Source: Marsupella aquatica | Lineage: Eukaryota > Plantae > Marchantiophyta | DNA: 64,000 bases | NCBI GenBank assembly: GCA_973895155.1 | Contig: OZ316895.1 | Coordinates: 4,591,181 to 4,655,180 of the forward strand | Reading direction: 5' to 3' | In this document: positions 11,950-24,654 of the stretch, one piece after another | Layout: each line of letters starts with the position of its first letter | Position numbering within the stretch: the first letter of the stretch is position 1 | The notes under the pieces: model-generated | What the model was told of the DNA's origin: nothing | Database searches by the model: none | Seen by the model: only the letters and a program-made list of their open reading frames with translations | Translations under genes and position numbers: made by a program

Positions 11950-12328
11950 TCACAATTTACTTCTTGCTGCGAGTGCTTCCTTCCGACTTTTCTCATAATC
12001 TCGTGAGTATTCTCGTATAGCTTCATTTGAAATCCGACGTGGTTTTCCAACCCATGACCCACCATCGACGTCAAGAGTAGCTCCATTTACATATTTCGCT
12101 GCACGTGAGAAGGAGTTTTAAGCTATGCAGGATTCCTCGAGTCATTGCGAGATTTAGTACACATCAGCATACTTTGGAAATAAACGTTCATGCCTTCTAC
12201 AAGCTGGTAATTTCAAAGAGTCTATGGGCTTCAGGTTGATCGAGTCTACTGCCACAAAAGTAGCACAGACGACTGCTCCCAGTGGCAAATTTTGTCAGTT
12301 AAGTCGCTAAGGTGTGCCAAGAAGGGTT

Positions 12329-12362
<34 letters not shown>

Positions 12363-14581
12363 AAGTGGTCGGTAAGATACACATACCTGCATCAGATGCG
12401 AGGTAAATTGCAGCCATCGCAATATCCCACTTTTCTCCCATCTTCTTGAGAGGAATAAGTTCAAAAGACCCGCCATCAGAGCCTTCTCTCTTGCCGAGCT
12501 TGTCCATACCCGGTGTCTCATCAATTGGACCTGGAGCGAGACTATTTACTCGAATTCCAAAGTCTGTACCCCATTCCAGAGCCAATGACCTTGCGATACT
12601 GTCGTTGGCAGACTGCACCAGATGCCAACAAAAATGGGTGGTTCTCGAGAATCCACCCTTCTTGCGTTGATGAAACTTCTAAACGACAATGAACCTCTGT
12701 CTTCAAGGCAACACTCGTACGCAATTGACCAAATCTTAAACACATGGCAGGGACTTAAAATCAGTGATAAAAGTGTCGGCCACCAACCTTTGCAGCACAG
12801 ACATGAATCTGGTACCATGTTGCTGTATACTGAAGGGTCGCACTTATGTTGATAATAACGCCCATTTCGTCTGCTGGCTTCCCCGGGCCACCTCTCTTGA
12901 GATAATGTAATGCTGAATGGCACATAGTATAGGTGCCAATTGTGTCGATATCCATCACTGCAAATGAATACGGGAACTGAGAATCGTTTTTGGCATTGCT
13001 TATATACCTCGAGAAATTACGCGAATACATATCCTGATCCTGGTAGCTCCTACATATAAAATTCGCACGCAGATCACGGAGGAAGACACCTGTAAGGGAT
13101 AGCACGCCATCCTTGCACAAAGTTTTGTGTGAAATATCCAAACGATGGCGTACTTGTGCTCAGTAATACCCACTACCTCACATTTCCGGAGACACAGTTA
13201 TAATACTGGTCGCATTGTGAACGTGTTTCACACTGCTTAATACCTCACAGAGCATCGTACTTGCAATGCAGGTGCGTTCAGAGGAAAAAACTTGACTTCA
13301 ACACCTCAGTTACTGTTATTCCAATTGGATCTAAAGTGGATGAGCTCGACAATTCCAGATAGAATCTTCTCAACCTTACCAGGAAACTTGGCTTGAGCGC
13401 AGATCTAGAGATGGGTTTCCCAGTATTGCGATCTACTTTGCCTGAAACAGCCTGCTACTATACGAGCGTGCAAAGGCCAGTTTTCAGGTACACTGTACTC
13501 CGATTCTTCCATCTCTAGATAAGTATCACCGACCAACTGTGAACTCCTCAGCTAATCAAAACATGGATCTCTTACCTGTTCTAAAACCGTTTGGAGACAG
13601 ATCCTCAGCAGCACTGAGAAAGTTTCCAGCAGCTCCATTGATTAAAATGTCGAGCCTGCCCAGCTCCTTCATAACAGTTTGCACAGCACGCACACAATCT
13701 TCCCTCTTTCTAACATCCCCACTGATACCAACGGCCTGGATATCCAAACCAAGTCACAAATAAACAGCTATGACAATTTCTCATTGCAAGACATCTTTGA
13801 CAATTCAAGCTGGCAGTACATGGATACTCCACAATTGCTAACTTCTACTGGCAGCCTCAGGACAAATCAATTGTATCACATATCCTACTAGACAAGAATA
13901 GTGGTTCAAAGCCATGGGTGATCTGCAAAACGTATCGCCCTGATGCACTAGCAAACCCCAGAGTGACTTGTGGACCTAAAGAGTCCAGACGTTTGAACAG
14001 AGAACTAGAGAAGAGAGAAGCAAAGCTAATCGCCCTCGATTAAAAGTAAAATATAACTTACTTTGCAAATATAATTCTGACGCAAGTCGGTTCATTAATT
14101 TACCAGCTCGAAACCACGAATCTGTGAGAACAGGCTACAACCTAATCCCTATAAGAATGGTTCAATAAGCAACTTCGGTCCCTACAATTTCATTCCTCTG
14201 AGCTAGTGTTGTGCGTTCTCAAAAGACTTGAGAAATTGAAATTCTCGTGTCATCCCCTCTGCTCTCTCCTGGATAAGTGTGGAACGGCATAATAGGCAAC
14301 CCGGCCTCTCAAACGACTGAAAGGTCCATAATATTCTACTTCATGCCCAAAGAGGTACACAACGAGAGAGTCCAGCACCATACCGTAATGCCTTGCGAAT
14401 TCAAAGACTCCGCAACCTCCTCTATGACATGTTTCCGTCGTCCCATAATGGCCACCTTCGCTCCATGCTTCCCGTAGTAGGTGGCAATTTCCAATCCTAT
14501 CCCTGACCCTCCTCCAGTTATCAGCGCGACCTTGTCCTTGAGAATTGTCGGAGAAAAGATTGCTTTGGAATCGATCACCAT
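11950..14581 (-). CDS. DECR2: Peroxisomal 2,4-dienoyl-CoA reductase (SDR family), 5 exons
   Basis: Exons 14581-14384, 13735-13576, 12957-12788, 12612-12387, 12098-11950, all GT-AG and in phase. Motifs: TGGGSGIG, NGAAGNFL, HVCAAK, LALEWG, IRVNSLAPGPI, VDGG, and a C-terminal SKL (PTS1). Confidence 0.95.
12329..12362. repeat. (GT)n(GA)n microsatellite in DECR intron 4
   Basis: tgtgtg...gtgagagagaga read directly. Confidence 0.9.
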
Positions 14582-14783
14582 CTCTGCCGGCTTGGTAGCG
14601 AATACCTCACTTTTTTCTCCTCCTCCTCCTCCTTCCCTCTTCACAAAACGGCGATGGCGATGGCCCAGCTCGTCTATTCAGCTCTCCTTGATTCTAATTG
14701 AGTTCTGTGACTTCTGTCGGTCGAACAAGCCATCGATGCTCATATTTCTCAAGTCACTTCCATATCTCAAAGTGCTGTATTCA

Positions 14784-14892
14784 AGCCGGCCCTCCGTTCT
14801 TTGAAAGTAATTACACTCCATCATGTCTCCCTGTACTGCCGTAGCCGGCCCTCCAGTTCTTTGAAGCAATTACACTCCGTAATGTCTCCCTG
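14784..14892. repeat. 59-bp direct duplication upstream of the DECR gene
   Basis: agccggccctcc...ttctttgaa...aattacactcc...atgtctccctgt at 14784 and 14843. Confidence 0.85.
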
Positions 14893-15289
14893 TTGGGCGT
14901 GACTTGTTCCTTTGCAGTTTTATATATATACTAGCCTAGAGACGATGACAAAAAAATATTGTAAAACAAAGATACCCTTGTTCATCGTTGCCTTCATGCC
15001 TCGTTTTTTCCACCCTCACTTCTATTTTCTCTTTATTGCAAGTCACTCTTAGTTTTGGTAATCTTTGCTCCCATTCCTGTTTTTGGTCCACCTTCACTTT
15101 TTTTGTCGTGTTTAGAGTTACTCCCTAGAGGCGTCACTTCAGACAGAGCCCTTGACACTAGCTTTGCATTGCACTATATTATATTAGTAAGATATATATA
15201 CTACAGTCCATCGTGGATAAGTGCAGTAGCTCCCAAGAAAACACTCTGAGCCTGCACTATCCATGTTATACACTGTTATAAGAGCATGG

Positions 15290-15960
15290 GTATTATTTAT
15301 GTACTTTTTCATATGTGCATGTGGCACTTTCCAGTAAGTGCATGTGAAATTACTTGTGCACTAAGCTTTTTCTCGGGGGTTTCACTTCCACAAAAATGAC
15401 ATATCACGTGCGATGAAGGATAGTGTCATTTTATTGGTTCTAAAGAAAAACTTAAGAGTTTTGTAGAAGAACAATAGGGTCTTTTAAATTCAATTTTGAG
15501 ACTTACAAGAACATTAGAATTTTTTAGAATATTCCAAATTTATAGGGGATTAAAAAATTAGAAAAAATTCTTACATTTTAGGGGGTGCGAGACCTAAAAA
15601 CGTCGCAGGTGATGGGGAGATCCCCATATAGTGAGACCCCCACGAGTTTTTTGCAAGTGTCTTTTCAGGTCATACACATAGGACTCCGCATAGTGCACAA
15701 TTCAATTCGATAAGTGCATGAAACTACCATATCTATTTTTGTTCCCTGCACTTATCAATGAATGTTTCTAACATATGTGTTGCAAGAATAGATTAATGCA
15801 TGTGTACTGTTATAGACAGAAATGCGCTAATCTATTTGTCATTTAGTGACATTGACCTGCACTTACAGAATGAATGTTGTGACATTAGGGGATTACATGA
15901 CTGACCTGCAGTCACCCATGGAATGCACTTATACATGGCGTACTTATCCTGGCAGATGCT
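15290..15960 (+). repeat. Dispersed repeat, copy 1 (homologous to 52725-53160)
   Basis: Shared blocks aagtgcatgtgaaat, ttctaacatatgtgttg, ttatagacagaaatgcgctaat and tgcacttacag. Confidence 0.75.
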
Positions 15961-16159
15961 TCACTCTAGACCATAGGATTTTGATTGCAAATGATTTAGA
16001 CTAACCCTCTATTCCAAACATTCTAAGTCCTATTATCCCCTTTAAAGTACAATTTATTAACATCAACGGAGGATTATCATTACGTCATGTGCATCTATGA
16101 GTTCTAGGTAGTGTGCAAGGGTCTCTATGGACATGGACAGATGGGCAGCAAGCCTTGTT

Positions 16160-16350
16160 GTCCATCCAAAGATAGCATGTAAACATATATCTGACTGGCA
16201 GTAATAGGTTTTCAGTGGATTCCTTTGGTATTATGTCCATTCAATTGCCTTTGTTCTTGTCCAACTCTAAGGAGTCGAGTTCCCTTGGTCATAACCATGG
16301 TAATCATGTACATACTCTCTTACACTTCCATATCATGACAGTGTAAGATT
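16160..16350 (-). repeat. Dispersed repeat, inverted relative to 46875-47060
   Basis: The reverse complement (tgtcatgatatggaagtg...caaggga...actcctt...ggaatc...cagat...tgtttacatg) aligns to about 46875-47060. Confidence 0.65.
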
Positions 16351-16569
16351 TCTCATCCGAGTTCACCACTTTAGTCTAACATTCGCTACATTTTTGGTAT
16401 GTCATTTGCCACTTTTCCACCTAATCATGGACCCCATTTGCCAGAATCTAAACAGCCATCCGTAAATCTAGGGATATCTGACAGTCAAGATGTAATCCAG
16501 GAAAAATTGACCAAAAATATTTCTAGCATCTCCTCCTTTAGAGATGACATTCGCAACACACCGGCTAAA

Positions 16570-17540
16570 AATAAAAGGAGGTGTCGGAAGTGTGATCTGC
16601 ATTAACATGAAGACATTCTTCACTGTTTGTGATCCTGTCCCGAATCAATTATTCTTTAGAATTGGAGCAGGTTGCTCTTGAGGTTAGCTGGTGTTAACTT
16701 GAGTGGTTTCCTTTTTGAGGCTGTTCACGTGCTTCTGGGGACTCCATCTTTTGGTGGAATGGTGAACTTTCGTTCTAAGCTTTGGGAAATTGTCAGAGGT
16801 ATTACTTTACGGCAAATTTGGAAAGCCCGTTGCTCACTGGAAAAGGCTGAGTTGACGACTCCGGTGGTGGGAATTAAGTGCAAATTTTGGTTGGAGCTTC
16901 ATTTACATATGATGATTTGCTTGGAAACGAGGTTTTGCAAGGATCTTGATATCTGGAAGAGATCGACAGGAGTTGGTTGGTCAGCTTAGGAGAGTTTTGG
17001 TAGAAATGGCGATCTGTACAGGATTTGTAATGACGATTTTGTGGTTGATGTTCGACCACTGTGGATCTTTCATCCTTCATGAAGTAATTTACTCAGTTCC
17101 ACTTGGCCTCATGTTCTTTTGTTGTGTGGCCTTGTGTGGTAGGAGTAGATATTGGTTTTGCCTTTGCAGATGGTTTAATCCTTTTGGATTTTCATTCTGT
17201 TTTCAGTCGTTCAGATTTAGTTCACTCTGGTTCTCTCACTGTTTTCAGGGTTGAGTTTGCCCTCAGATTTGTTGTTTCTTTTGATAGTCCTCATTGTTTT
17301 CAAGGTTGAGTTTGCCCTCATATTTGCTGTTTCTTTTGATAGTCCTTTTTCAGGGTGAGTAAGGCCTTTTTTACTTTTAGCTTGTGTTCCTTTTATCCTT
17401 GTCCTGTCAGGATGTGTCTTGGCTCTGGGTGACTTTTGGTCTTTGACCCCATGTGGTCTACCCATTTACTCCCATTTTTTATTGGTTTTACTTGTTTCAT
17501 AAATAAAGTACTCCTTTCAAGAAAAAAGGGGAAAAAAAAA
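16570..17540 (+). mobile_element. 5'-truncated, degenerate LINE (ORF2 C-terminus, 3'UTR, A-rich tail)
   Basis: C-x2-C...H...C zinc-knuckle-like remnant (CRKCDLH*HEDILHC) followed by LWEIVRGITLRQIWKARC, typical of non-LTR ORF2 ends. T-rich 3'UTR with an internal duplication at about 17241-17350. AATAAA at about 17502 and an A-rich tail at 17519-17540. Confidence 0.75.
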
Positions 17541-17646
17541 CTTTAAAAAAGACGCGGATGGGAATATCATTTTCGAAGTTTCTTGAAGGGAATTAAGTGT
17601 AGACGACGTGGCGAGTGATTATTTCTTCCCTTCTGTTTTGTGACAC

Positions 17647-17656
17647 TTTAGGGTTT
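17647..17656 (-). promoter_or_regulatory. Telo-box (AAACCCTA) upstream of HGH1
   Basis: TTTAGGGTTT lies about 120 bp upstream of the HGH1 ATG. Confidence 0.45.
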
Positions 17657-17775
17657 GGAGAAGCTCCTCTGCTGTTTTGCTCTGTGGCAATCAGGGTTTG
17701 GAGAAGGGCACGATTTCTTCTCTTCTCTGCTGTTCTCGTCTGTTCGAAGCTCCAGGCTACTGTAGTTCTGAATCC

Positions 17776-20700
17776 ATGGCAACTGAGTCCGACCTCGATG
17801 ATCTGGCTGGGTTCCTCTCCGCGCCGTCGCCTCAGGTTCTTCTCTCCCTTCAATCTGACTGGACAAGCTCAATTCCCGGAATTGCCTGCCTTCTTCTGCC
17901 AAGTCTGTTGATTTTCTTTCAGCGTAACAGACTTTTGAGCAACGGCGTGTTGCAATTGAAGAGCTGAATGCTAACGTCCCGGAGAGTTGAATTTATTTGA
18001 GTTTCGTGTCGGCGAGAGAGAATGGGTTGTCCTCCTTATTTATTACTTTTATGTTGTTTCAGTTGAAGAAGGCCACAGTGGAGATTGTGCAAGGATTGTC
18101 TGGCACTGACGATGGTATTCGAGTCCTGGCTATCAAGTCACGTCTCCTTCTACCACCCCTTCTGAAGCTGCTCGGAGATCAGCAGGTAACTGACCTGACT
18201 AGCCATCTGAGGACCAAAAGGACCGAAATCAGTTCCCTCGTTCGCTAAGTTTTCATTTTGAGCTCTTCCTCTTTTATGTGCCGAATTATCTTCTCTCTCC
18301 ATTTTTGTGTTCTGCTGGAGTGGATAACCCACCACGAGTCGGCTATCAAATGTGAAAAAGTTGATATTCAATTCACTCTACGTATCTGATCTCCAGAAGA
18401 TTAAAAATCGCAGCATACTGTCCTCTAAGACGCGTCCTATTGTACTCTCTGGCCTCATATTTCCACGTAATCTAAATATCCTTGATTTCAATTCCTCGAA
18501 ACGCTCTGGCTGTTCAGTTAGCAGGGGTAGATTCTCTGGTAAATCAGTTGATGCCTGCTCAATTTAGTTTACATTTAACTCGATGTAGGTCACAGAGGGC
18601 TTGCGGCGAAATGTTTTGCACAGGAGATCCTGGGTTTTTTGCAAAGGCCCTTAGCAATTAGGATTGATGATGGACAGGACATGCAGCCTGCAAGCTGTGT
18701 CGCGTGAACGGTCATACCATGTCCAGCCATTCGTAAATGTGCTGCTCCCTCATTTATGACTCTATTCGTTGCTTACAGGAGATTTCTCAAGTGGCGGCGG
18801 AAGCTCTTGTTAATCTCTCTCAGGATGAAAAATTAGCAGAAGCCTTGATCAGTGCTGGTGCAGTTGATAAGGCAATGGAGTTCATAGGGAAACCTGGTTG
18901 TAGTATCAATCGACTGTTAGTGATGCTACTTGTCAACCTCACTCAACGAGAATCTGGGGCCCTAGAACTTCTCCAGGTGAATATGCATGCTTGTCAGTAC
19001 AAGTGCAAAGGAATTTGTTGGTACTATACTAAACGTCAAAGCACATTCGACGAACTTTTTCAGTTTATACTCGGAGTTTATAACGATTCTTATTTCCTGG
19101 CTCAAGAATAGAGCTTATGGGCTTCTGTTTTCGCGTATCTGGTTATGAAATCGGCAGTTTTTCTGGCTGCAAGGTGTAGGAAGGAGATGCAAAATTAGCT
19201 GGCTTGCACGTCAACAAACTTGTGAGATTTTTCACACGCTTTTCTGGGAATAAGCACGGTAAGTGTCAACTACCTGGAGTAACTACAGTCATAAGAGTGC
19301 TCTTTAGGTTTTCGTTTTATGTCATTCGTAATTTCTGGGTTCTTACTTTGGTACGGTAGCAGTGTAACAGGGAGAGTCTCGATCAGCAATCCATGTCAGT
19401 TTTATCAGTTGTGTAATGTGCCTTGGAACTCTCCCCTGATCAATTCCCTTAAATCTTTCAGGAGAAGATGCGTTTGAGCACGTTGCTGCTGTTTTGGTGA
19501 ATATTTCTAGATTAAAAGAAGGTCGGACCCTTATCCTTGAGCAAAAAAGGGGTTTGTTAAAACAAATACTTCCACAAATCGACTCGAGAAGCCTGATACG
19601 GCGACAAGGGGTATATTGCTACCTATATCTGAGTCATGACAGTCCAGTGATGTACATCTTGATGACATTGTACTGAACCCAGGATCCGGGATTTCTGCAA
19701 GACATCGCCTTGATTTTCTTGAACTGTCTTGACCTTCCCGTTGCTTCAAAGAAGTAGCAGTAATCATTACTACATGATGACTCTTCAAGCCTGAGACAGA
19801 AAAAATCTATAAGGTTAAATGTGAGGTGGCCTCTCCCGTTGTACTTGTATGTTACCTCTGATTGCCTTTTGGCAGGTTGCAGGTACTGTACGAAATTGTT
19901 GTTTCGAAGCAGATACTGAACTGCCTAGTCTGCTTTTGACGTCCCAATTTCTATGGCCCGCTTTGCTTCTGCCGTTAGCTGGAAAGGAGGTGAGATTAGA
20001 AGTATGGAGCTGTGGAAAGTACATGTTTTAGGCCGTTGGAAACATTTTAAATCAGGAGAAAGATCTGCTTTGCTGAAATATGGTCGTAGTTTCAAGTTTT
20101 AGCGAGAAACCTGGTCACCCTGCTTGACTCGACACTTGTTTACCTCCACAGGCCTACAGAGAGGAAGACACCGCCAAAATGCCTGCTGAGTTGGCCACTC
20201 CACTTTCCTTCGAAAGAGATGCAGAGGAAGATCCTCAAGTTCGTATCGAGGCTGCTGAAGCCCTCTACTTACTTGCGTTGCAGGTCTCATTTCTTCCCTT
20301 ATCGAAAGCGCATACTGGCTTACGTACGGTAGTTACAGTTGCTTTCTGCACTTTTGTCTTTCTCTATGGTTGTTGATCTTTTAAGTGGCAGCTCATTTTT
20401 ATCCTAACCAAATGATCCCTACATCTTGGTTTGTGTTTAGAAGCTAGAACGTGCGCATTGGATGCTTTGTTCACGGATGCCGTTGCGTTGCTATGGTTGA
20501 CTTGTTTTGCCGGCTATTCAGGAGGGTGGACGAAGGGCTCTTTGGTCTGTCAATGGGACGAGAATACTTCAAGTAGGATATGAGTCTGAGGAAGACCCTA
20601 AAGTGATGGAGGCGTATGAAAAAGTTGGTGCTCTGGTACGCATTTCTCAAACATGCTTCTCGTCATGCAGATGGCTAATAAATTTTGGGTGTGAAGTGGA

Positions 20701-20884
20701 GTTAGTTACCCGTGTCCCCCTGTCCGAGGGATGGTCTGCTAGAATGTTTGATCAAAGTGTGTCGTGATATCTATTCACGTGCAATTACAGAGCTGATTAT
20801 GCCCTATGCCCTCCTGACTTGCGTTTCTTGTCTCTTTTATTTTTTATGCAGCTTGTGGAGGAAAGTCTTTCTGCAGAACCATAG
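17776..20884 (+). CDS. HGH1: Protein HGH1 homolog (FAM203; ARM-repeat eEF2 chaperone), 9 exons
   Basis: Exons 17776-17835, 18063-18185, 18779-18976, 19180-19258, 19462-19610, 19876-19989, 20152-20283, 20522-20635, 20852-20884, all GT-AG and in phase. Motifs: AAEALVNLSQD, LLVMLLVNLTQ, VAGTVRNCCFE, LWPALLLPLAG, GTRILQVGYESEEDP. Confidence 0.9.
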
Positions 20885-22590
20885 AATTAGCCACCTGTGT
20901 CTTTCTATGTATTCATCCATAAGTTTTCCCTCATGAGAGATTCTCGAAACATGTAGATTCACCCCCTCAGACAGTAGCTTAGATACAAGCACTGTAATTG
21001 GAAAGGGTCAATTGACCTTCAGAATAATCAGTCCATGGGAGTAATGGACGGTTTATGCACAGAATTCAGAGCGAATTTGTAATTTTTAATGTATCTGAAG
21101 CAAGCCTGTTCGGGAATGTTGATTTGGAACAACACTTATCAGAGGTACTCATCTAGCTACTCGATCATCATTTTTAATGTCTGCATTAGCAAATGTCTCG
21201 TGTGACTTTTCAAGTAAAGACACTTGTTTTTGAGATGAACTGTTCTAGAAAGTATAAGCCACGCTGGGACAGCTTGAAGGGCTGTATGTTTGGCTGCTCG
21301 TCTGAGAACCTGACAAAAGAAAACGAGCACTCTCAGTAGGTACTGTAGTCCTTTTATGGTGGAGAAATATCCCCAGCCATGGAAGGCAAAATGGATGGGA
21401 AAATATGGGGCAGAGTAAGACGAAGGGAAAGTCCTTGGGATTGTCGGACTTGTGATCAAAGGCAAGCTTTCATAGGACCTCGCGACAACTAGAAGGTTAG
21501 GAATGTACATATAAGTGCCTTCGTTGAACCCCAAAATCTCAAGAGATCGGTGAGTAAAGCGAGCATATGAATTGCAGAGTTAGGTTCATTGGATCGGCAA
21601 GGATTCCGAGGTACTGGAAAGGAGGGACTGGAAAGGTCTGGTGAAAGTTGGGTGAGTACCAACGTTTCGAGGAGAACCCAGGTCCCCAATTGTGGTTCTC
21701 TGCAAACAAAATCTTTCAGGGTGATCCCCATGAGGGTTGCAATGATCTGCATCTTGTGAGCTGCTGTGGTCTATGGGAGCTTCGGTTTCCTCCCGTGTAT
21801 AAATTAATATTTTTATAAATGATTATATTTTCCTTGAAGGAGAATTTTACAAGATGAAGCATGGGGACACAGGGGTCTGGATTTCTTCAGCCCATCTCCA
21901 TAGACTGGAACTCATCCTCTAGAGGGGGTAATGGGATGTAAACCCCTAGGGCAGGGAGCTTGAGGTGGATTACAGTCCATTATACTCAAATGAGTGAGGA
22001 TGAGTTATTGATACTTATACTCAAATGAATTTTTTTAAACATTCATTCGTCATGGTTTGTCATTGGTGCTTTAATTGTAATTTTCATTCAAATTTGAAAA
22101 TCCCCAGGTCAGACTGGCATAGGGGTTCCGTGGCTCACCCGGAGGGTAATGCATCCTAACCATCCCCAGAAATACAAAGAAAATAAATTCACAAGGGGTT
22201 TATAGGGGTAGCGAAGGGTCTAGTTTGTTAGTTGGAAGAACACCAAAGAGCGATTCTTCTAATCTATGTACTAGTGGGTTGGAACCAGCAATCCTACCTA
22301 GCATCCTGTAGGCATCAACAGAATCCTCTGTGCTTTTTATACCTAGTTGTTGGTGGGTTCACAAAAACTTGGATCTAAAAATGTTTTATAGTTTTTCATT
22401 AAAAAAAAAAACTAGTTTAGGGTAGTGAATGACAGAACCTGGAGGGTAGATCACCTAGACAAAAGAACAGTGGCCACTTAGGGGCCGGGGCCGGGCCCGT
22501 GTTATAGCCGGCTGTGATGTAATGCTCAGTACAAATTTGGAGGGCATTATAAAACTTGTCCTCTAGTTTTACTAAAAATAGTAAGAATAA

Positions 22591-22915
22591 CAAAATCTCT
22601 TAGTCCTTTAGGTTAGGGACATTATGGGCAATAACAGCCTCTCAAAACTTGAGCTAAAGCACTCAGTTTTAGGGGCGTGTGGCTCATAATGCTCTGGTAT
22701 GGCCCATGATGCCCTGTTATCAAGGCCTAATTATACGCTAAATGCCCTTTGTGAGTTTTCTCTTTGTAATGTCAGGGCTTTATGGAAAACAATGCCAAGA
22801 TTTGGATGAATTGAGATTAGTAAAAATAAAAATCTCTTAGGCCTTAAGGTATTCTTACCAGAACATTATGCCCAATAGTAGCCCCTCAAAACTAGAGTTG
22901 AAGCTCTCGTTTTCC
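22591..22915. repeat. Degenerate direct repeat (period about 238 bp)
   Basis: aaaatctcttag..cctt..agg...cattatg..caata..agcc.ctcaaaact.gag at about 22592 and 22829. Confidence 0.65.
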
Positions 22916-24654
22916 AAGCATTATAGGACACAGTGCGCTGGAAACATATCTTTACTATATACATAACTAGTGAGGGATGGCTCAAAAAAATAAATCTAGA
23001 GAGGTTCAAGACAGAGACATGATTGTGCTGAAGGAACGAGCTGATTGAAAAATAGAGTGATAGGAATTGGAGAGTCTCACATACATGGTTTCAACTCCTA
23101 TCTCATTTGAATTGAAATGCAGAGTGAGGAATTGAGTTTGTCTCACTTAGCCACTGTAAGTTAAAATGTAGGAAGGCCATTGAAGAACTGACTAAAACCT
23201 ATCTGAAGCTCGACGTCTAGTATTCGTCTGGACGTTCCAGATCTTCTTAAAACTCATCTAGAAGTGGTCTGAGATCGACATCAAGAGTACGTATATTCCT
23301 CGGCGTTGTCAAAACTATAGTTGTACTTTTAGAAGTGAGATCGCGCGCAAGACCACTACCTTTTCAGTTCCTCAATCTTGAAAGTGTTTAATGAATGACG
23401 TCGAATTGTAGTTGTTGAATTGATGATTGAGTTGTAATGAAAGAATTCTATAATTGGCCTGAGCCCTCTAGTCCACGGTTCTGGACTAGAGACTGTTATG
23501 TGCAAACTAAAGTGAGGGGCACACTGGTAATTCCCATTCGTTTAGAAGTCCTCGTTATGAAAGCCGATTGCCATGGACGAATTACCACTACACCGTAAAC
23601 CCTAATCAGTTCTCGGGGTATCTGATGTGAGGCAGAGGGAAATTCTTTAGGTTGGATGCATGTATGCCAACCCTAGGAACTTAGTAATCACTTCCATCCT
23701 CAATTGTGAAATTTATGTTGCCCTTGTGCTCCTCTTTGCTTTATAAATCTCAAATATGTTCTGGTATTGACGACATCACTCCTGAATACGTAGTGGATTT
23801 TAGGTGTGTTTGTAGTAGAACTCCTGAGCGAGTGGTCAAATGAAGGTGAGAAGACGTTGCAGCTTTAGTGACAATTTTGTGTGCGCCGAGCCAGCTATCA
23901 CTACTGCAGTCATTCGGAATGTAGTTGTCTTATTTCTTTGGTTGCAACACTTACATTGGACGGCTTCATCACCGTGCTCAGGACGTTCTACCGAACCATA
24001 CCTAGCGATAGCATGGCCACTCCATATCAATAATAGCTCCTAGTTGACGAACTCTCAACATCATCAGATTGACTTCAGTAGCTGTGCAAATGGGTGGGTT
24101 CCAAAAACTGCGAAAGAGAGCTGTGACCTCACATCTGGCTCAGATTTGCAATCACAAGATCGTGCAATCAGCTCTAAGATGCCATCTGGTAGCATGATTT
24201 TCATTCACCTCCGGGCAACCAAGAGTACACTACCATTCTAATTATGGAATCTAGCAAGGTCCTACCAGGGTGAAGAAGCAGATCACGATTCGCATAGAAG
24301 CTAAGCTCCCCACGAGAACGCCAACTTGATACCAGGTAATATCCAAAGTAAGCACATTACAAAAAATGCCTTTCTGCACAGCCACATGATCTGCTGAAAA
24401 CAGAACACATAATACTCCTCTCTCCAATCCAGAGGGGCATTCCAGTTAGTGTAGAAGTTTACTCAACAGACCCTCGTCAATTTGGTCATGAGAAGAATTA
24501 ATTCCTGACGTCCATAAACGATTGGTTTGAAGATTGAGGCCAATCGAATCAACTGCTGCCGATTCTCACCTCATACCCTGACAGGCAAGAGTCCACTTGG
24601 GTTAAAATGCCCACACGGCCTTCTATTAGGTGGCCAAAACAGGAACATGTAGGT

